Translations under genes and position numbers: made by a program
Part shown: one piece after another, positions 1-10,008 of the stretch
How the letters are laid out: the number at the start of each line of letters is the position of its first letter
Numbering within the stretch: position 1 is the first letter of the stretch
The notes under the pieces: model-generated
Databases searched by the model: none
Told to the model about the DNA's origin: nothing
Seen by the model: only the letters and a program-made list of their open reading frames with translations
Origin: Candidatus Pyrohabitans jungbluthii
GTDB taxonomy: Archaea > Hydrothermarchaeota > Hydrothermarchaeia > Hydrothermarchaeales > BMS3B
Assembly: GCA_002010065.2 (NCBI GenBank)
Contig: MTMD02000014.1
Location: 127,167 to 191,166 of the forward strand
Reading direction: 5' to 3'
Length of the DNA stretch: 64,000 bases

Positions 1-325
1 GCTTGGCTAGGCCGCCGGCGATGTGCTCATCTGCGCTCTCCACCTCCTGCGCAAGGTATGCCCTAACTTTCTCCTCGTCCGCCGTAGCTATGTTTCGCGC
101 CGTCTGCTCAGTTATGCCGAGCTCTCTGGCAATCTCCGCATAGCTCTTCATCGCCTCATTTCTGAGCACCACCACGTATGCCGCCTCCGCCAGGGATGGA
201 AGCCAGGTGAGGTTGCGGTACTCCACCAGCTTCTTCAGCCCGCCAAGAAGGGAGATGCTCTCGGCAAACACCTGCTCTGCCATCGTATCAATGCTAGTAG
301 CTACGGGTTTTGAAATAACCTCCAT
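1..325 (-). CDS. KaiC-associated regulatory HTH protein (TIGR03879-like), 3' end outside window
   Basis: Not in ORF track. Manual translation from ATG at 325: MEVISKPVATSIDTMAEQVFAESISLLGGLKKLVEYRNLTWLPSLAEAAYVVVLRNEAMKSYAEIARELGITEQTARN...; GGAGGTGG SD; directly downstream of the KaiC-domain gene. Confidence 0.8.
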   Translation of the reverse strand, partial: MEVISKPVATSIDTMAEQVFAESISLLGGLKKLVEYRNLTWLPSLAEAAYVVVLRNEAMKSYAEIARELGITEQTARNIATADEEKVRAYLAQEVESADEHIAGGLAK

Positions 326-340
326 TTCCACCACCTCCCT

Positions 341-1183
341 TCACTTCTTTATGTACTCCTCAAGGGGAGCGATTATGTCTATGACCCCGAGGTCGGAGAT
401 ATCAAACACCCAGGTGCGAGAGTCATGCGGAGCCAGGCGGCATCCGTCTATGCGCAGTGTGCGCAGCACACTCCCAAGAGGCAAGTGGTAGAGCGAGACA
501 TCCCACCTGGTCTCTATTATCTTCTTATCCAGCACTATGGTGCCGTCGACGATGTGCGCCACAGCCAAGCCGCCGGCTGCCTCTGCGCTCTCGCTCGCCT
601 GCGCAGAGCGCTTCTGAGATACTAAAAGAGCGGTCTGGTGCCATTTTTTGAGGAAATTGAAAAACTGCCTTACAATCTGCCTTGCCGCGACCTCCTTGTG
701 CTCATATAAACCTGTGATGCTGTCTATAATTACGTTTGTAATCTTCTTTTCCTTAATTGCGTACGCCATGGTATCGAGCAGCGCCCTGGGGTTCTCCCTC
801 AGTTCCTCGTTATCCGAGGCGTCTATCACCACAATGTTCTTCTCCACTGTAGCGAAGTCAGCGCCCAGCGCCTCGCTCTTCTGCTTCAGCGCCGTGTATA
901 GAAAATTCGCTGGACTTTCCACTGTAACATAAAGCACCCTGTAGCCCGCGCTTGCTTGAGCTACTGCGAACTGCTCGGCTAGAATGCTCTTGCCGGTGTC
1001 GGGTATTCCGGTGATGTTCATCACCGCAAGGTATGGTATTCCCCCGAGAGGCTTGCGCTCATAGCCCTGCTCACCCTTCTCAATCTTGTAAAACAGCTCA
1101 TCCAGCTTTGTGCCAGTGGGTATGCCGAACAGCTTCGGCGCTTTACCCTCAAGCTCCGCCAAGGTATAGTACTCCCCCACCAT
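341..1183 (-). CDS. KaiC domain protein (AF_0795-like RecA-superfamily ATPase)
   Basis: Walker A GIPDTGKS, IIDSITGLY, GGLAVAHIVDGTIVL, RIDGCRL motifs. Confidence 0.88.
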   Translation of the reverse strand: MVGEYYTLAELEGKAPKLFGIPTGTKLDELFYKIEKGEQGYERKPLGGIPYLAVMNITGIPDTGKSILAEQFAVAQASAGYRVLYVTVESPANFLYTALKQKSEALGADFATVEKNIVVIDASDNEELRENPRALLDTMAYAIKEKKITNVIIDSITGLYEHKEVAARQIVRQFFNFLKKWHQTALLVSQKRSAQASESAEAAGGLAVAHIVDGTIVLDKKIIETRWDVSLYHLPLGSVLRTLRIDGCRLAPHDSRTWVFDISDLGVIDIIAPLEEYIKK

Positions 1184-1280
1184 ACATTATGATTAAAGTA
1201 ACCTAACGTGAAAAAATAATGGAATGGCTTATAGTATGCTAAGGCAAAAACTTTGCGCAATCAGCGCAAAAGGAAAATGC

Positions 1281-2483
1281 TCAGAAGGTGGTTAGCTCAC
1301 CCTTAATGAACATATCCGTAATTTTGGTTATATTTGCAAGATTTTCATCCACTATACCTGAGATGTCGCTCTCAATTGCGCTGAGGCTAACACCATCCTC
1401 GAGGATGAGCTGCACGCTTGCTGCCTTTGGCTGGTCTATGGGTTTGCCTATCTGCGAGAGGAGGCGCACATATACCTCCTTAACTCCTGAAACCTCGCGG
1501 GTAATCTGCTCCGCTATCCTGGGCGCGAGCAGGTTGTAGATTTTGCCTACGTGGTTTACAGGATTCTTGCCTGCCGCCGCCTCCATACTCATGTGGCGGT
1601 TAGGTGTAATTAGCCCGTTAACCCTGTTCCCCCTGCCCACGCTGCCGTCGTCACCCATCTCAGTGGAGGTGCCTGTTACAGTCAAGTAGACTGTCTTCCT
1701 CTCATAGTCATCGCCTGTGTTTAGGAAGACCTCCACCTCGCGCTCGGTTATCTTCGAGGCGAGCTTCTCTACCTCCTCCTTTATCTGCTGCACCACGCTT
1801 ATGTAGTGGTCTAGGTCGGGGACGTGCTTTGCCACCATAGCCATTGAAATCGTCAGAGCTATGCGGTCACCCTCGCGGAGACCCATCACCTTTATATCCT
1901 CCCCGCTCTCTGGGAACCTCTTCTTAAATTCATCGCTGTTCAGGTAGCGCTCTGTCTGGTAGCACAGCCTTTCAACGTCGCTGAGAGGTGCGAAGCCCAC
2001 ACCAAAAGAGGTGTCATTTGCAAGGGGCACCTGCTGAGAGCGCTTAAAAACATCCACCAGGTCTACGCTACCCTGACCAATGCGGGAATCTATAATAACG
2101 TCGCTTTCCACGTCGAGGTTTCTTACGGCGCCGGTAAGATACTCCTTAGCAGCCTTAATGGCGATTTTGTGTACAGGCACAACCTTCTCATCTACGATGG
2201 TGGTCGCTCTTCCCGAGAGCAGGATGTATATCGGCTTTATTACCTTTCCACCTCCGAACCTCACATCAGCCTGGCCGCCAACAAGCTCCACCTGGTCTGT
2301 GTTGTGGTGCATAACATAGCCAAACTCCTCGATATACTCCCTGCACAGTGCCCTGCTCACGGCGTCGGCGATGCCGTCGGCCAGGCTATCTGGATGACCT
2401 ATACCCTTCCTCTCCACAAGCTCAACCCGCTGCTCTTCCACGGGGGTGCGTACAACCTGCTCAACAAAGATATTCCGCGGCAT
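1281..2483 (-). CDS. mat: Archaeal S-adenosylmethionine synthetase
   Basis: [52 protein letters not shown]. Confidence 0.97.
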   Translation of the reverse strand: MPRNIFVEQVVRTPVEEQRVELVERKGIGHPDSLADGIADAVSRALCREYIEEFGYVMHHNTDQVELVGGQADVRFGGGKVIKPIYILLSGRATTIVDEKVVPVHKIAIKAAKEYLTGAVRNLDVESDVIIDSRIGQGSVDLVDVFKRSQQVPLANDTSFGVGFAPLSDVERLCYQTERYLNSDEFKKRFPESGEDIKVMGLREGDRIALTISMAMVAKHVPDLDHYISVVQQIKEEVEKLASKITEREVEVFLNTGDDYERKTVYLTVTGTSTEMGDDGSVGRGNRVNGLITPNRHMSMEAAAGKNPVNHVGKIYNLLAPRIAEQITREVSGVKEVYVRLLSQIGKPIDQPKAASVQLILEDGVSLSAIESDISGIVDENLANITKITDMFIKGELTTF

Positions 2484-2609
2484 AACAATCCTCCTTAAAA
2501 GGGATATCCCGGGTAGAATAAATATTTTACCAAGGGAAAAGGAATTGTGGTTGAGCGGGTTAGGTATTGATTTGGTTTTTATTTTGCCTTGTAATTGTAT
2601 GTGTACACA

Positions 2610-3542
2610 TCACTTCATCGAAAACCTGCGCTGCGGTTCAATTGTGAGCACAACCTTGCCATCTTTAAACACGCGCACTATGCCGCCGCTCTGGCTCACG
2701 GTGATGCCTATGCTCCGCGTTTTTGCTGTCGTCGCTGCCACTGCAGCGTGCCTCGAGCCTAAACCGCGGGGTATGTCAACGCTGCTGGTGTCAACGTTGA
2801 GGTAAACCCCAGCGGACTCTATAATCCCCTCGCTGCTTATAACAAACACCCCATCCAGCTGAGCAAGCTCCTTGATGGTCTCCTTTATCTCTGGGTTGAG
2901 CACTGAGCGCTCTCCCACGAGATGTCCTTCGAAGGGGTTGAGGATGAGCTGCCTTGAGTTTGCCAGTATCTTCTTCGAGTCGCCTATCAGGAAGGCGGTG
3001 CCTATCATCCTGCCCTCTCTTCCTTCTTTACCTATCTCAAGGGCGATGTTCAGCACCGCCTCAAACACCTCAGGCTTGACCTCTATGTCGCGGAGGAAGT
3101 GGTAAAGCGCCAAGTCGAGGGCTTCTGCTTTTACCTCGTAGTAGAAGATGGAGTTTGCCTCTGTGTTCAGCGTCGAACCCACTGCTACAACCACATCCTT
3201 ATCGTGGATAATTCCCTTCTCAATCCCGCGCACAATCGCATCTTCAATCATCTCCGCCACGGAGCTTTTCCTTGTCAGGAGCTTGAGCACGTGCACCTCA
3301 GGCAAGCTGCGCTTCACCTCCTTGTCCACAAATTCAACTTCAAGGGTGCTTTCCGTTGCTTCTTTAAGCATATTCTGAAACAGTTCCTCTGAGGCTGTGG
3401 CGAAGATTACTGGCAAGCGCAGCCTTGCCTTTTTAAACTCTTCAAAGCTGTCCCCAGTCTCAGTTACAACTACTATTGCAGAAGCTTCAAGCTTTTTGGC
3501 TATATCAATGGCGCTGTTGATAATTACCTCTACATGCTTCAT
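2610..3542 (-). CDS. dacZ: Diadenylate cyclase DacZ (PK_C-like N-terminal domain + DisA_N domain)
   Basis: ELAQLDG (DGA-like) and GLGSRHAA (RHR-like) DAC motifs; N-terminal alpha/beta domain. Confidence 0.9.
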   Translation of the reverse strand: MKHVEVIINSAIDIAKKLEASAIVVVTETGDSFEEFKKARLRLPVIFATASEELFQNMLKEATESTLEVEFVDKEVKRSLPEVHVLKLLTRKSSVAEMIEDAIVRGIEKGIIHDKDVVVAVGSTLNTEANSIFYYEVKAEALDLALYHFLRDIEVKPEVFEAVLNIALEIGKEGREGRMIGTAFLIGDSKKILANSRQLILNPFEGHLVGERSVLNPEIKETIKELAQLDGVFVISSEGIIESAGVYLNVDTSSVDIPRGLGSRHAAVAATTAKTRSIGITVSQSGGIVRVFKDGKVVLTIEPQRRFSMK

Positions 3543-3575
3543 TAATTAAGAATTCCAGGCCGCACAATATAAAGC

Positions 3576-4544
3576 TTAGGTAAGCACCTCTCCCAGCTTC
3601 TCCGCAAGCAGAAGCACGTCGTCTCTGCTCATGCTGAGCACATCCAGCTTTTTAAGCTCAACGCAGAAACCATGCTCAAGAAAGCGGTCATAATTTGGAC
3701 AGGTGGTAATGAGGCTCTTTCCAAGGTCTGTTATTAATCCACAAGAGCGCGCTCTTCTGGCAACCTCCTTCGGCTCAGGGTGCAGCACGCCTACACATAC
3801 CCCTCGCCTCTCAGTGTGAACAACATTGGGTAGCCTAGCCTTGAGAAGTGAAGCAAACCCCGTCAATCGTTCTACTACGCTCGGAGCAATTTTGAGCTCT
3901 TCCACAAGCCCAGCGGCGAGAACACCGCTGAGGCGGCAAGCTTTAATTACCTTTGCCGCTCGCCTCAAAAACTCTTCATCGTTGGTTGAGATAAAACCGC
4001 CTGCGGTGAGATTGGCGATTTTCGGGTCTCCGGTGGAGCAGATAATTACATCGGCATTCTCGCCCTTCGCGAGTTTTTTATCCCCTATGGCTGAGGAGGC
4101 GTCCTCGATTAGGAGAACCCCATACTCCTGGCAAATCCGGTGAATCCCGCGCAAATTCTGCTCAGCGATGTAGCCAGCGAAGGAGGTTATAATTAGAGCC
4201 TCAGGCTTCTCGCGCTCAAGCGCCTCCTCAAGTACCTCAAGGCGAATCACCCCCAGCTCGGTTTCAACCTCGCACACCTCTTTACCCAGAAGCTGGGCAT
4301 ACGCCTTAAAGCCCCTCCATCCCCCCTGGTCGGGAAGCATCACTTTGTTTTCCACGGCGCTTAACGCAGCCAGCGCGGCGCAGCTTCCACTCGCCACCAG
4401 CTTGGCGAATTCGTGGCGGGTGAGCTTCGCTATAGCCTCACTTGCCTTCTCCACCATTTCGGCGCTAGATTCAACGTCCAGGGACATAGCCGCCTGGGAT
4501 ATCGCCAGCTTCGCCGCCTCGGAGGGCCTCCTGTGGGGAAACAT
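3576..4544 (-). CDS. PLP-dependent transferase (fold type I), function unknown
   Basis: LIEDASSAIG, STGDPK (putative PLP lysine), GGFIST. Confidence 0.7.
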   Translation of the reverse strand: MFPHRRPSEAAKLAISQAAMSLDVESSAEMVEKASEAIAKLTRHEFAKLVASGSCAALAALSAVENKVMLPDQGGWRGFKAYAQLLGKEVCEVETELGVIRLEVLEEALEREKPEALIITSFAGYIAEQNLRGIHRICQEYGVLLIEDASSAIGDKKLAKGENADVIICSTGDPKIANLTAGGFISTNDEEFLRRAAKVIKACRLSGVLAAGLVEELKIAPSVVERLTGFASLLKARLPNVVHTERRGVCVGVLHPEPKEVARRARSCGLITDLGKSLITTCPNYDRFLEHGFCVELKKLDVLSMSRDDVLLLAEKLGEVLT

Positions 4545-4595
4545 AGCTAAGAGTCCACCGGAAAATATTAAAAACTTGTCTTTGAAGTTGGAGGT

Positions 4596-5348
4596 ATGTC
4601 GGGCAAGCTATACCTCGTGGGAATAGGACCTGGAAGCCTGGAGCATGCAACGCCTCGAGCGATTGAGGCAATTAAAGAGAGCGATGTAGTGGTCGGCTAC
4701 AAAAGCTACCTGAAGCTTGTGGAAGACCTGCTCTCGGGCAAAGAAGTGGTATCCTCGGGGATGCGCAAGGAGGTGGAGCGGGCTAAGCTGGGGGTGGAGC
4801 TTGCGCTTCAGGGGAAGAAGGTGGCAGTGGTGAGCAGCGGGGACCCTGGTGTTTATGCAATGGCAAGTGTTGTGCTGGAATACCTCGCCGAAAATTCAGC
4901 CAAGCTGGAGGTAGAGATCATCCCCGGCATAACTTCTGCCAATGCCTCCGCCGCGCTGCTGGGCTCGCCCCTGGGTAACGACTTCGCAGTAATAAGCCTC
5001 AGCGATCTCCTTGTGCCATGGGAGGAGATAGAGCGCCGCATTGAGTTAGCTGCTAAGGGCGACTTTGTTATTGTGCTGTACAATCCGAGAAGTTCCAGGA
5101 GAAACTGGCAGCTTGACAAGGCGAGAGAGATTGTGCTCAGGTATCGCGAGCCAGAAACGCCAGTTGGCATTGTAAAGAACGCCTACCGCGAGGGTTGCAC
5201 CGTCGAAGTTACCACCCTGGGTGAGATGGATACAGAGCAGGCGGACATGCTCACCACCGTCATAATAGGCAACTCCCAGAGCTTTGTTTACGATGGCAAA
5301 ATCATCACCCCCCGCGGGTATAAGAGGAAGTACTCTCTGAGGGGGTAG
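4596..5348 (+). CDS. cbiH: Cobalt-precorrin-3B C17-methyltransferase
   Basis: VGIGPG, SSGDPGVYAMA, DFAVISLSDLL, YNPRS, ITPRGY. Confidence 0.95.
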   Translation: MSGKLYLVGIGPGSLEHATPRAIEAIKESDVVVGYKSYLKLVEDLLSGKEVVSSGMRKEVERAKLGVELALQGKKVAVVSSGDPGVYAMASVVLEYLAENSAKLEVEIIPGITSANASAALLGSPLGNDFAVISLSDLLVPWEEIERRIELAAKGDFVIVLYNPRSSRRNWQLDKAREIVLRYREPETPVGIVKNAYREGCTVEVTTLGEMDTEQADMLTTVIIGNSQSFVYDGKIITPRGYKRKYSLRG

Positions 5349-5349
5349 C

Positions 5350-6108
5350 ATGCTCTGGGTGCTCGCAGGGACAAGCGACGCAGGCGAAATCATCTCAAGG
5401 CTCTCTAAAGAGGGTTTTGAGGTTGTTGCCAGCGCTACCACGCAGTATGGAGCAGAGCTTGCGAAGCGTGCTGGTGCAGGCGAGGTTGTGGTTGGGCAGC
5501 TTAGCTTTGAGGAGATGCTACGCCTTATCAAAGACAGGCACATTCGCGTTGTTATCGATGCCACCCACCCCTTCGCCGCTGAGGCGAGCGAGAATGCGAT
5601 GAGGGCGGCAAAGGTTGCGGGAGTGGAATACATCAGGTACGAAAGGGAGAGGCTTAGCCTAGCCGGCGAGAACATACGCGAGGTTGAAAGCTTTGAGGAG
5701 GCTGCAAAAGCGGCGTCGGAGCTTGGTGGTGTTGTCTTCTATACCGCCGGGATAAAGAATCTCCCCACCTTCCTTAAGCACTGCACATCCCGTGTTGTTG
5801 TTAGGGCGCTTCCCTTCCCGGAGGTAATAGCTCGCATAATTGGGCTGGGGGTTAGCCCAGAGGATATAATCGCTATGCATCCCCGCTTTGACAAAGAGCT
5901 GAACAAGGCGCTGCTTAAAGCGTACAAAGCAGAGGTGCTGGTAACCAAGGAGAGCGGCAGGGAGGGGGGTGTAGTGGAAAAGTTAGCCGCAGCCCGCGAG
6001 GTAGGCATCCCCGCGATAGTTGTGCGCCGCCCAAGGTTAGCGTACCCGAAGGTGTGTGAGAGCGTGGAGGCGGTTGTGCAGGAGATTAAAAAACTATCTT
6101 TAACGTAG
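5350..6108 (+). CDS. cbiJ: Cobalt-precorrin-6A reductase
   Basis: LAGTSD, IDATHPFA, VTKESGREGG. Confidence 0.95.
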   Translation: MLWVLAGTSDAGEIISRLSKEGFEVVASATTQYGAELAKRAGAGEVVVGQLSFEEMLRLIKDRHIRVVIDATHPFAAEASENAMRAAKVAGVEYIRYERERLSLAGENIREVESFEEAAKAASELGGVVFYTAGIKNLPTFLKHCTSRVVVRALPFPEVIARIIGLGVSPEDIIAMHPRFDKELNKALLKAYKAEVLVTKESGREGGVVEKLAAAREVGIPAIVVRRPRLAYPKVCESVEAVVQEIKKLSLT

Positions 6109-6128
6109 TTATTCTTTAACCAGAGGGC

Positions 6129-7064
6129 ATGCGTTTCACTGCACTTGCGGTTCTGCTTCTCCTCCTCGGCGCCGCTCACGCTCAGAGCAGTGTGGTGTTT
6201 GAGAAGAGCTTGAGCAAGAGCGTCGTAGCTGTGGGAGAGCCTGTAACAGTGGTGCTCACTGTCAGCAACAACGGCAAGGAAGCCATAACCGACCTGAAGC
6301 TCAAAGATAGCGTTTCTCTGCCAGGATTCAGCTACAACTACCTTGAGTACCTCAGCTACCTCGCCCCAGGGGAAAAGCGCAGCTTCACCTATACCATAGT
6401 CCCCACTCAGGAGGGCAACTTCACCCTGCCGAGTGCTGAGCTTGAGTTCAGCGTGGGCGGGAAGAAGGTTACCCTTCGCTCAGATGAGGTTGAGCTCCAC
6501 GTTGTTGCGGTAGCGCCGCCACCAAGCGGGAGCACTCAAAACTTTACGGGAGATGTAGCCAATAAGAGCGCCGAGACCAGGCTTTACCCAGAGCCCAAGA
6601 AGGGGCTTACTGTGAAGCAGGCTCTGAAGTTCTCGCTTATAGGCTTTCTGGGTTTGCTCCCCTTTGCTTACCTCGCCTTTAAGCGCTTTGGAAAGCGCGG
6701 GAGGGAGATAGCCAAGATATACCAGGAGAAGAAGATAGAGGCTCCAAAGCGTGATGTTTTCAAAGAGGCGAAGGAGGTGTTCTACGGGGGAAAGAAAAAG
6801 GAAGCTTTCATTATGATCTCTGAGGAGCTAAAGCAGATTTTCAACCGCAGGTATTCCCCTGACAGGAAGCTCACCCTGCGCGAGTACCTGGCGCTCCTCG
6901 AGAAGGATGAGGTGGACGAAGAAGTTAAAAGCCTCGCCCGAGATACGGTTAAGCTTTGCGAACTTGTGGAGTTTGCCAACTATGAAGCCTCACCTGAGGA
7001 GTTCCACCTCGCGCTTAAGGGGCTGAGCAAGGTTAAAACCAAACTGGAGAAGGCGCAGAGATGA
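6129..7064 (+). CDS. Secreted, membrane-anchored BatD/DUF11-like protein
   Basis: Signal peptide, Ig-like segment (VGEPVTVVLTVSN...GNFTLPSA), TM helix, C-terminal CELVEFA. Confidence 0.65.
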   Translation: MRFTALAVLLLLLGAAHAQSSVVFEKSLSKSVVAVGEPVTVVLTVSNNGKEAITDLKLKDSVSLPGFSYNYLEYLSYLAPGEKRSFTYTIVPTQEGNFTLPSAELEFSVGGKKVTLRSDEVELHVVAVAPPPSGSTQNFTGDVANKSAETRLYPEPKKGLTVKQALKFSLIGFLGLLPFAYLAFKRFGKRGREIAKIYQEKKIEAPKRDVFKEAKEVFYGGKKKEAFIMISEELKQIFNRRYSPDRKLTLREYLALLEKDEVDEEVKSLARDTVKLCELVEFANYEASPEEFHLALKGLSKVKTKLEKAQR

Positions 7065-8911
7065 AGGCTCCTTATCTTGGCAGGCTGCGCCTGCGCTGGT
7101 GCATGCAGTGCAACCTTCCTCTGCTCACTAAGAGATGCGCTATCTGCGGCGACCCTGGGGAGAGCGTGGCTATTACCCCTCCGGGAGATGTAAGACCAGC
7201 TTTTGCTCGCGATGTAGAGATTATAAACCGCGCCGCTGAGAAGCAGTTCGGTACTCGTTTGCTCTCTGAAGACAGCTTGGTGGTGCTTAACCGCGCCCCT
7301 GGCGAGGACGTGCTGGACGAGATAATTGCCGACGGAGCTGTGCTCGGAGCGCTGCGCTACGATTTTGAGAAAGGCTATGTGCTCATGCCTTCGCCTGCAG
7401 GAGCGCAGAGGCTGGTTAAGGGCGGGAAAGGCTACGTCGAGGTTGCCCCGGACGTGGAGCCTTTCCTGGCGAAAGGGGCGAGTGTTCTTTTGCCGGGAGT
7501 GGTGGACTTCGACCCGGAAATAAGGCGCGGAGACGAGGTTATTGTAACCTGCAGGGGCAGAGCCATAGCCGTGGGAAAGGCTAAGATGAACGCAGAAGAT
7601 GCGGCTTCGCGAACAAAGGGCATGTTCGTCAAGGTTCGCAGGTACAGCGGCGAGGCGAAAGATGAGCTTCCTGGCGGGAGAAGCTGGGACGACGCTGTAA
7701 GGGCAAACCAGCAGGTTATCGAGAGCTATGAACGCGAAGCGGTGAGGTTTATAAGGGAAATCGCGGAGAAAAGCCGCAAACCGGTAATAGTGGCCTTCAG
7801 CGGGGGTAAGGACAGCCTGGCAACGCTTCTCCTGGTGAAGAAAGCCCTGGGCGAGGCTACCGCTCTGGTTGTAGATACGGGTGTTGAGTTTCCTGAAACC
7901 ATTAGGTTTGCTGAGGAAGCTGCGAGAGCGATAGGTGCGGAGCTTCTCGTGGCGAGGGCTGGCGATAGATTCTGGAGGGGCGTTGAGTACTTTGGCTTTC
8001 CGGGCAGGGACTACAGGTGGTGCTGCAAGGTGGTGAAGCTTGGTCCCACAGCAAAGGTTATCAAGGAGCACTTCCCCCAGGGGTGCTTGGCTTTCATAGG
8101 TCAGCGCCGCTATGAGAGCGAGGCAAGAGCGGCCTCTCGAAGGGTGTGGCGCAACCCCTGGCTGAGAAGCCAGCTTGCAGCCTCGCCGATACAGGAGTGG
8201 ACAGCGCTGCACGTGTGGCTCTTCCTCCTCAAGGAGGGTGTTGCCTTTAATCCGCTCTACCAGGAGGGAAACTACCGCCTGGGATGCTGGCTCTGCCCTG
8301 GCTCTGAGATGGCGGAGATAGCCATGCTCAGGCAGAGCCACCCCGAGCTATGGGAGAAGCTCCGCGATTTGCTTGCAAAGCAGGGCTTCGGCGAGGCAGA
8401 GTTTTTGCATGGGCTGTGGCGGTGGCGGACTTTACCTAGGGGGCAGGAGCAGCTCGCAAGAAAAGCCGGGCTCAGGGTAAGAAGAAGGAGGGCGAGGTTT
8501 GTGTATACGCTTGAGAGAGGCGAGGAGCTTCTCGCTAGGACACGCTTCAGCGCAGCCTTTGAAGACATAGCCAGCTTTGCCAGGGCGCTGGGGATTAAAA
8601 CTGAGAGCAACGACTTTATAGAGGTAGAGGGGATAAGGTTCTATCGTGATGGTGTTGCTGTGGCTGTGGCAGGAGATAGAGCCACGCTGCAGGAGAAGGT
8701 AAGGAGGATGCAGGGCGTCATAGAGAGGGCAGAGCACTGCCTCGCTTGCGGTGTGTGCGTAGCCCAGTGTCGCTACAATGCGATTGAAATTAAGGAGAAG
8801 GCGAAGATAACTGAGCGCTGCTCTGCCTGCGGGGCATGCCACGAGAGATGCCCGCTTGTGAGGTACCTTGTAGCTAAGGCTGAGGTTGTGTTTGAGGATG
8901 CGCAGGATTGA
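7061..8911 (+). CDS. PAPS reductase family protein with PUA and 4Fe-4S domains
   Basis: SGGKDS PP-loop, RWCCKVVK, RLGCWLCP, two CxxCxxCxxxC motifs, PUA-like GASVLLPGV. Confidence 0.88.
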   Translation: MKAPYLGRLRLRWCMQCNLPLLTKRCAICGDPGESVAITPPGDVRPAFARDVEIINRAAEKQFGTRLLSEDSLVVLNRAPGEDVLDEIIADGAVLGALRYDFEKGYVLMPSPAGAQRLVKGGKGYVEVAPDVEPFLAKGASVLLPGVVDFDPEIRRGDEVIVTCRGRAIAVGKAKMNAEDAASRTKGMFVKVRRYSGEAKDELPGGRSWDDAVRANQQVIESYEREAVRFIREIAEKSRKPVIVAFSGGKDSLATLLLVKKALGEATALVVDTGVEFPETIRFAEEAARAIGAELLVARAGDRFWRGVEYFGFPGRDYRWCCKVVKLGPTAKVIKEHFPQGCLAFIGQRRYESEARAASRRVWRNPWLRSQLAASPIQEWTALHVWLFLLKEGVAFNPLYQEGNYRLGCWLCPGSEMAEIAMLRQSHPELWEKLRDLLAKQGFGEAEFLHGLWRWRTLPRGQEQLARKAGLRVRRRRARFVYTLERGEELLARTRFSAAFEDIASFARALGIKTESNDFIEVEGIRFYRDGVAVAVAGDRATLQEKVRRMQGVIERAEHCLACGVCVAQCRYNAIEIKEKAKITERCSACGACHERCPLVRYLVAKAEVVFEDAQD

Positions 8912-9392
8912 AGTCTACCCCAGCGAGGGCAGCAACTCTCTCGAGAAGTGGTACAGGATAAAGAACCCTCTCCGCGTGGTATTCAACTTTATTGTAATAT
9001 ACACCTGCCGCTTTGTGCCTTCGCTGGCGCTTAAGCGCGTGCTTTTGAGGCTAACTGGAATGAAGGTGGGGAAGAATGTCTCCATTGGCCTGGGTGCGAT
9101 GTTCGACATATTTTTCCCTGAGCTCATTGAGATTGGGGACAACTCAATAATAGGCTATAATGCAACGTTGCTCGCGCATGAGTTTCTCGTCAATGAGTGG
9201 CGCAGGGGCAAGGTGAAGGTGGGAAAAAACGTTATGATCGGCGCCAACAGTTTAGTGCTGCCTGGCGTGGAGATTGGCGACGGCGCTACCGTGGCGGCGT
9301 GCTCCCTTGTTAATAGGGACATTCCCCCAGGCGCTTTTGTGGGAGGCGTGCCCGCGAGAGTGCTGAGAGGCGAGAGCGATGAAACGCTATGA
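8898..9392 (+). CDS. Hexapeptide-repeat acyltransferase
   Basis: Left-handed beta-helix repeats (IGDNSIIG, VGKNVMIG, IGDGATVA), GGVPAR. Confidence 0.88.
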   Translation: MRRIEVYPSEGSNSLEKWYRIKNPLRVVFNFIVIYTCRFVPSLALKRVLLRLTGMKVGKNVSIGLGAMFDIFFPELIEIGDNSIIGYNATLLAHEFLVNEWRRGKVKVGKNVMIGANSLVLPGVEIGDGATVAACSLVNRDIPPGAFVGGVPARVLRGESDETL

Positions 9393-10008
9393 TGCGCTTG
9401 TGCTCGCGGTTGCAGTAATCAACATTGCAGGCACAGCCTTTGGCTTTTACTACTACCGCAATATGTTCGCGCTTTTTCCTGCGAAGCTCTGGATTTTTAT
9501 ACCAGATTCGCCCCTCGCCACGCTCTTCTTCGCTTTCTCCCTCTTCCTCATCTACCTTAAAAAGCGCGTCGACGCATTCTACCTCGTGGCGATGGCGCAG
9601 AGCATGAAGTATGGCTTCTGGACAATGTTTGTCATTCTCTACTTCAGCGACTACTTCCTCGCCCCCTACCATCGATACTACTATTACCTCATGTTTGTGC
9701 TGCACTTTGGGATGCTGATTCAGCCGGCGCTTATACTGCATAAGGTCAGAATCACCAGGCGGGAGCTCGCTATAGCCACCGCGTGGCTGGCGCTCAACGA
9801 CTATTTCGACTACCTTCGCAACACCAATCCGCTGGTTATCTATGCCTTTCCTGCAAACAAGCTGGTGCTAACAGGTGTGGTCACCTTCCTCGCCGGTATG
9901 GCGATTCTGGCTGTGCTCTATATTCTGGCGCGGAGGAAGGAGGTGTTCGCTTCCTTCTGGGCGAGGATTGAGGGTGGGGGCTGCAGCCCCTCTTCATTTA
10001 TGCGGTAG
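9379..10008 (+). CDS. DUF1405 family membrane protein
   Basis: GTAFGFYYY, FIPDSPLATLF, KYGFWT, NDYFDY. Confidence 0.8.
   Translation: MKRYDALVLAVAVINIAGTAFGFYYYRNMFALFPAKLWIFIPDSPLATLFFAFSLFLIYLKKRVDAFYLVAMAQSMKYGFWTMFVILYFSDYFLAPYHRYYYYLMFVLHFGMLIQPALILHKVRITRRELAIATAWLALNDYFDYLRNTNPLVIYAFPANKLVLTGVVTFLAGMAILAVLYILARRKEVFASFWARIEGGGCSPSSFMR

Noticed and set aside
6980-8341. 453-aa antisense ORF, and similar long shadows at 35414-35995, 36124-36984 and 58055-58888
   Set aside because: Antisense shadows of well-supported genes, caused by codon bias; no motifs.
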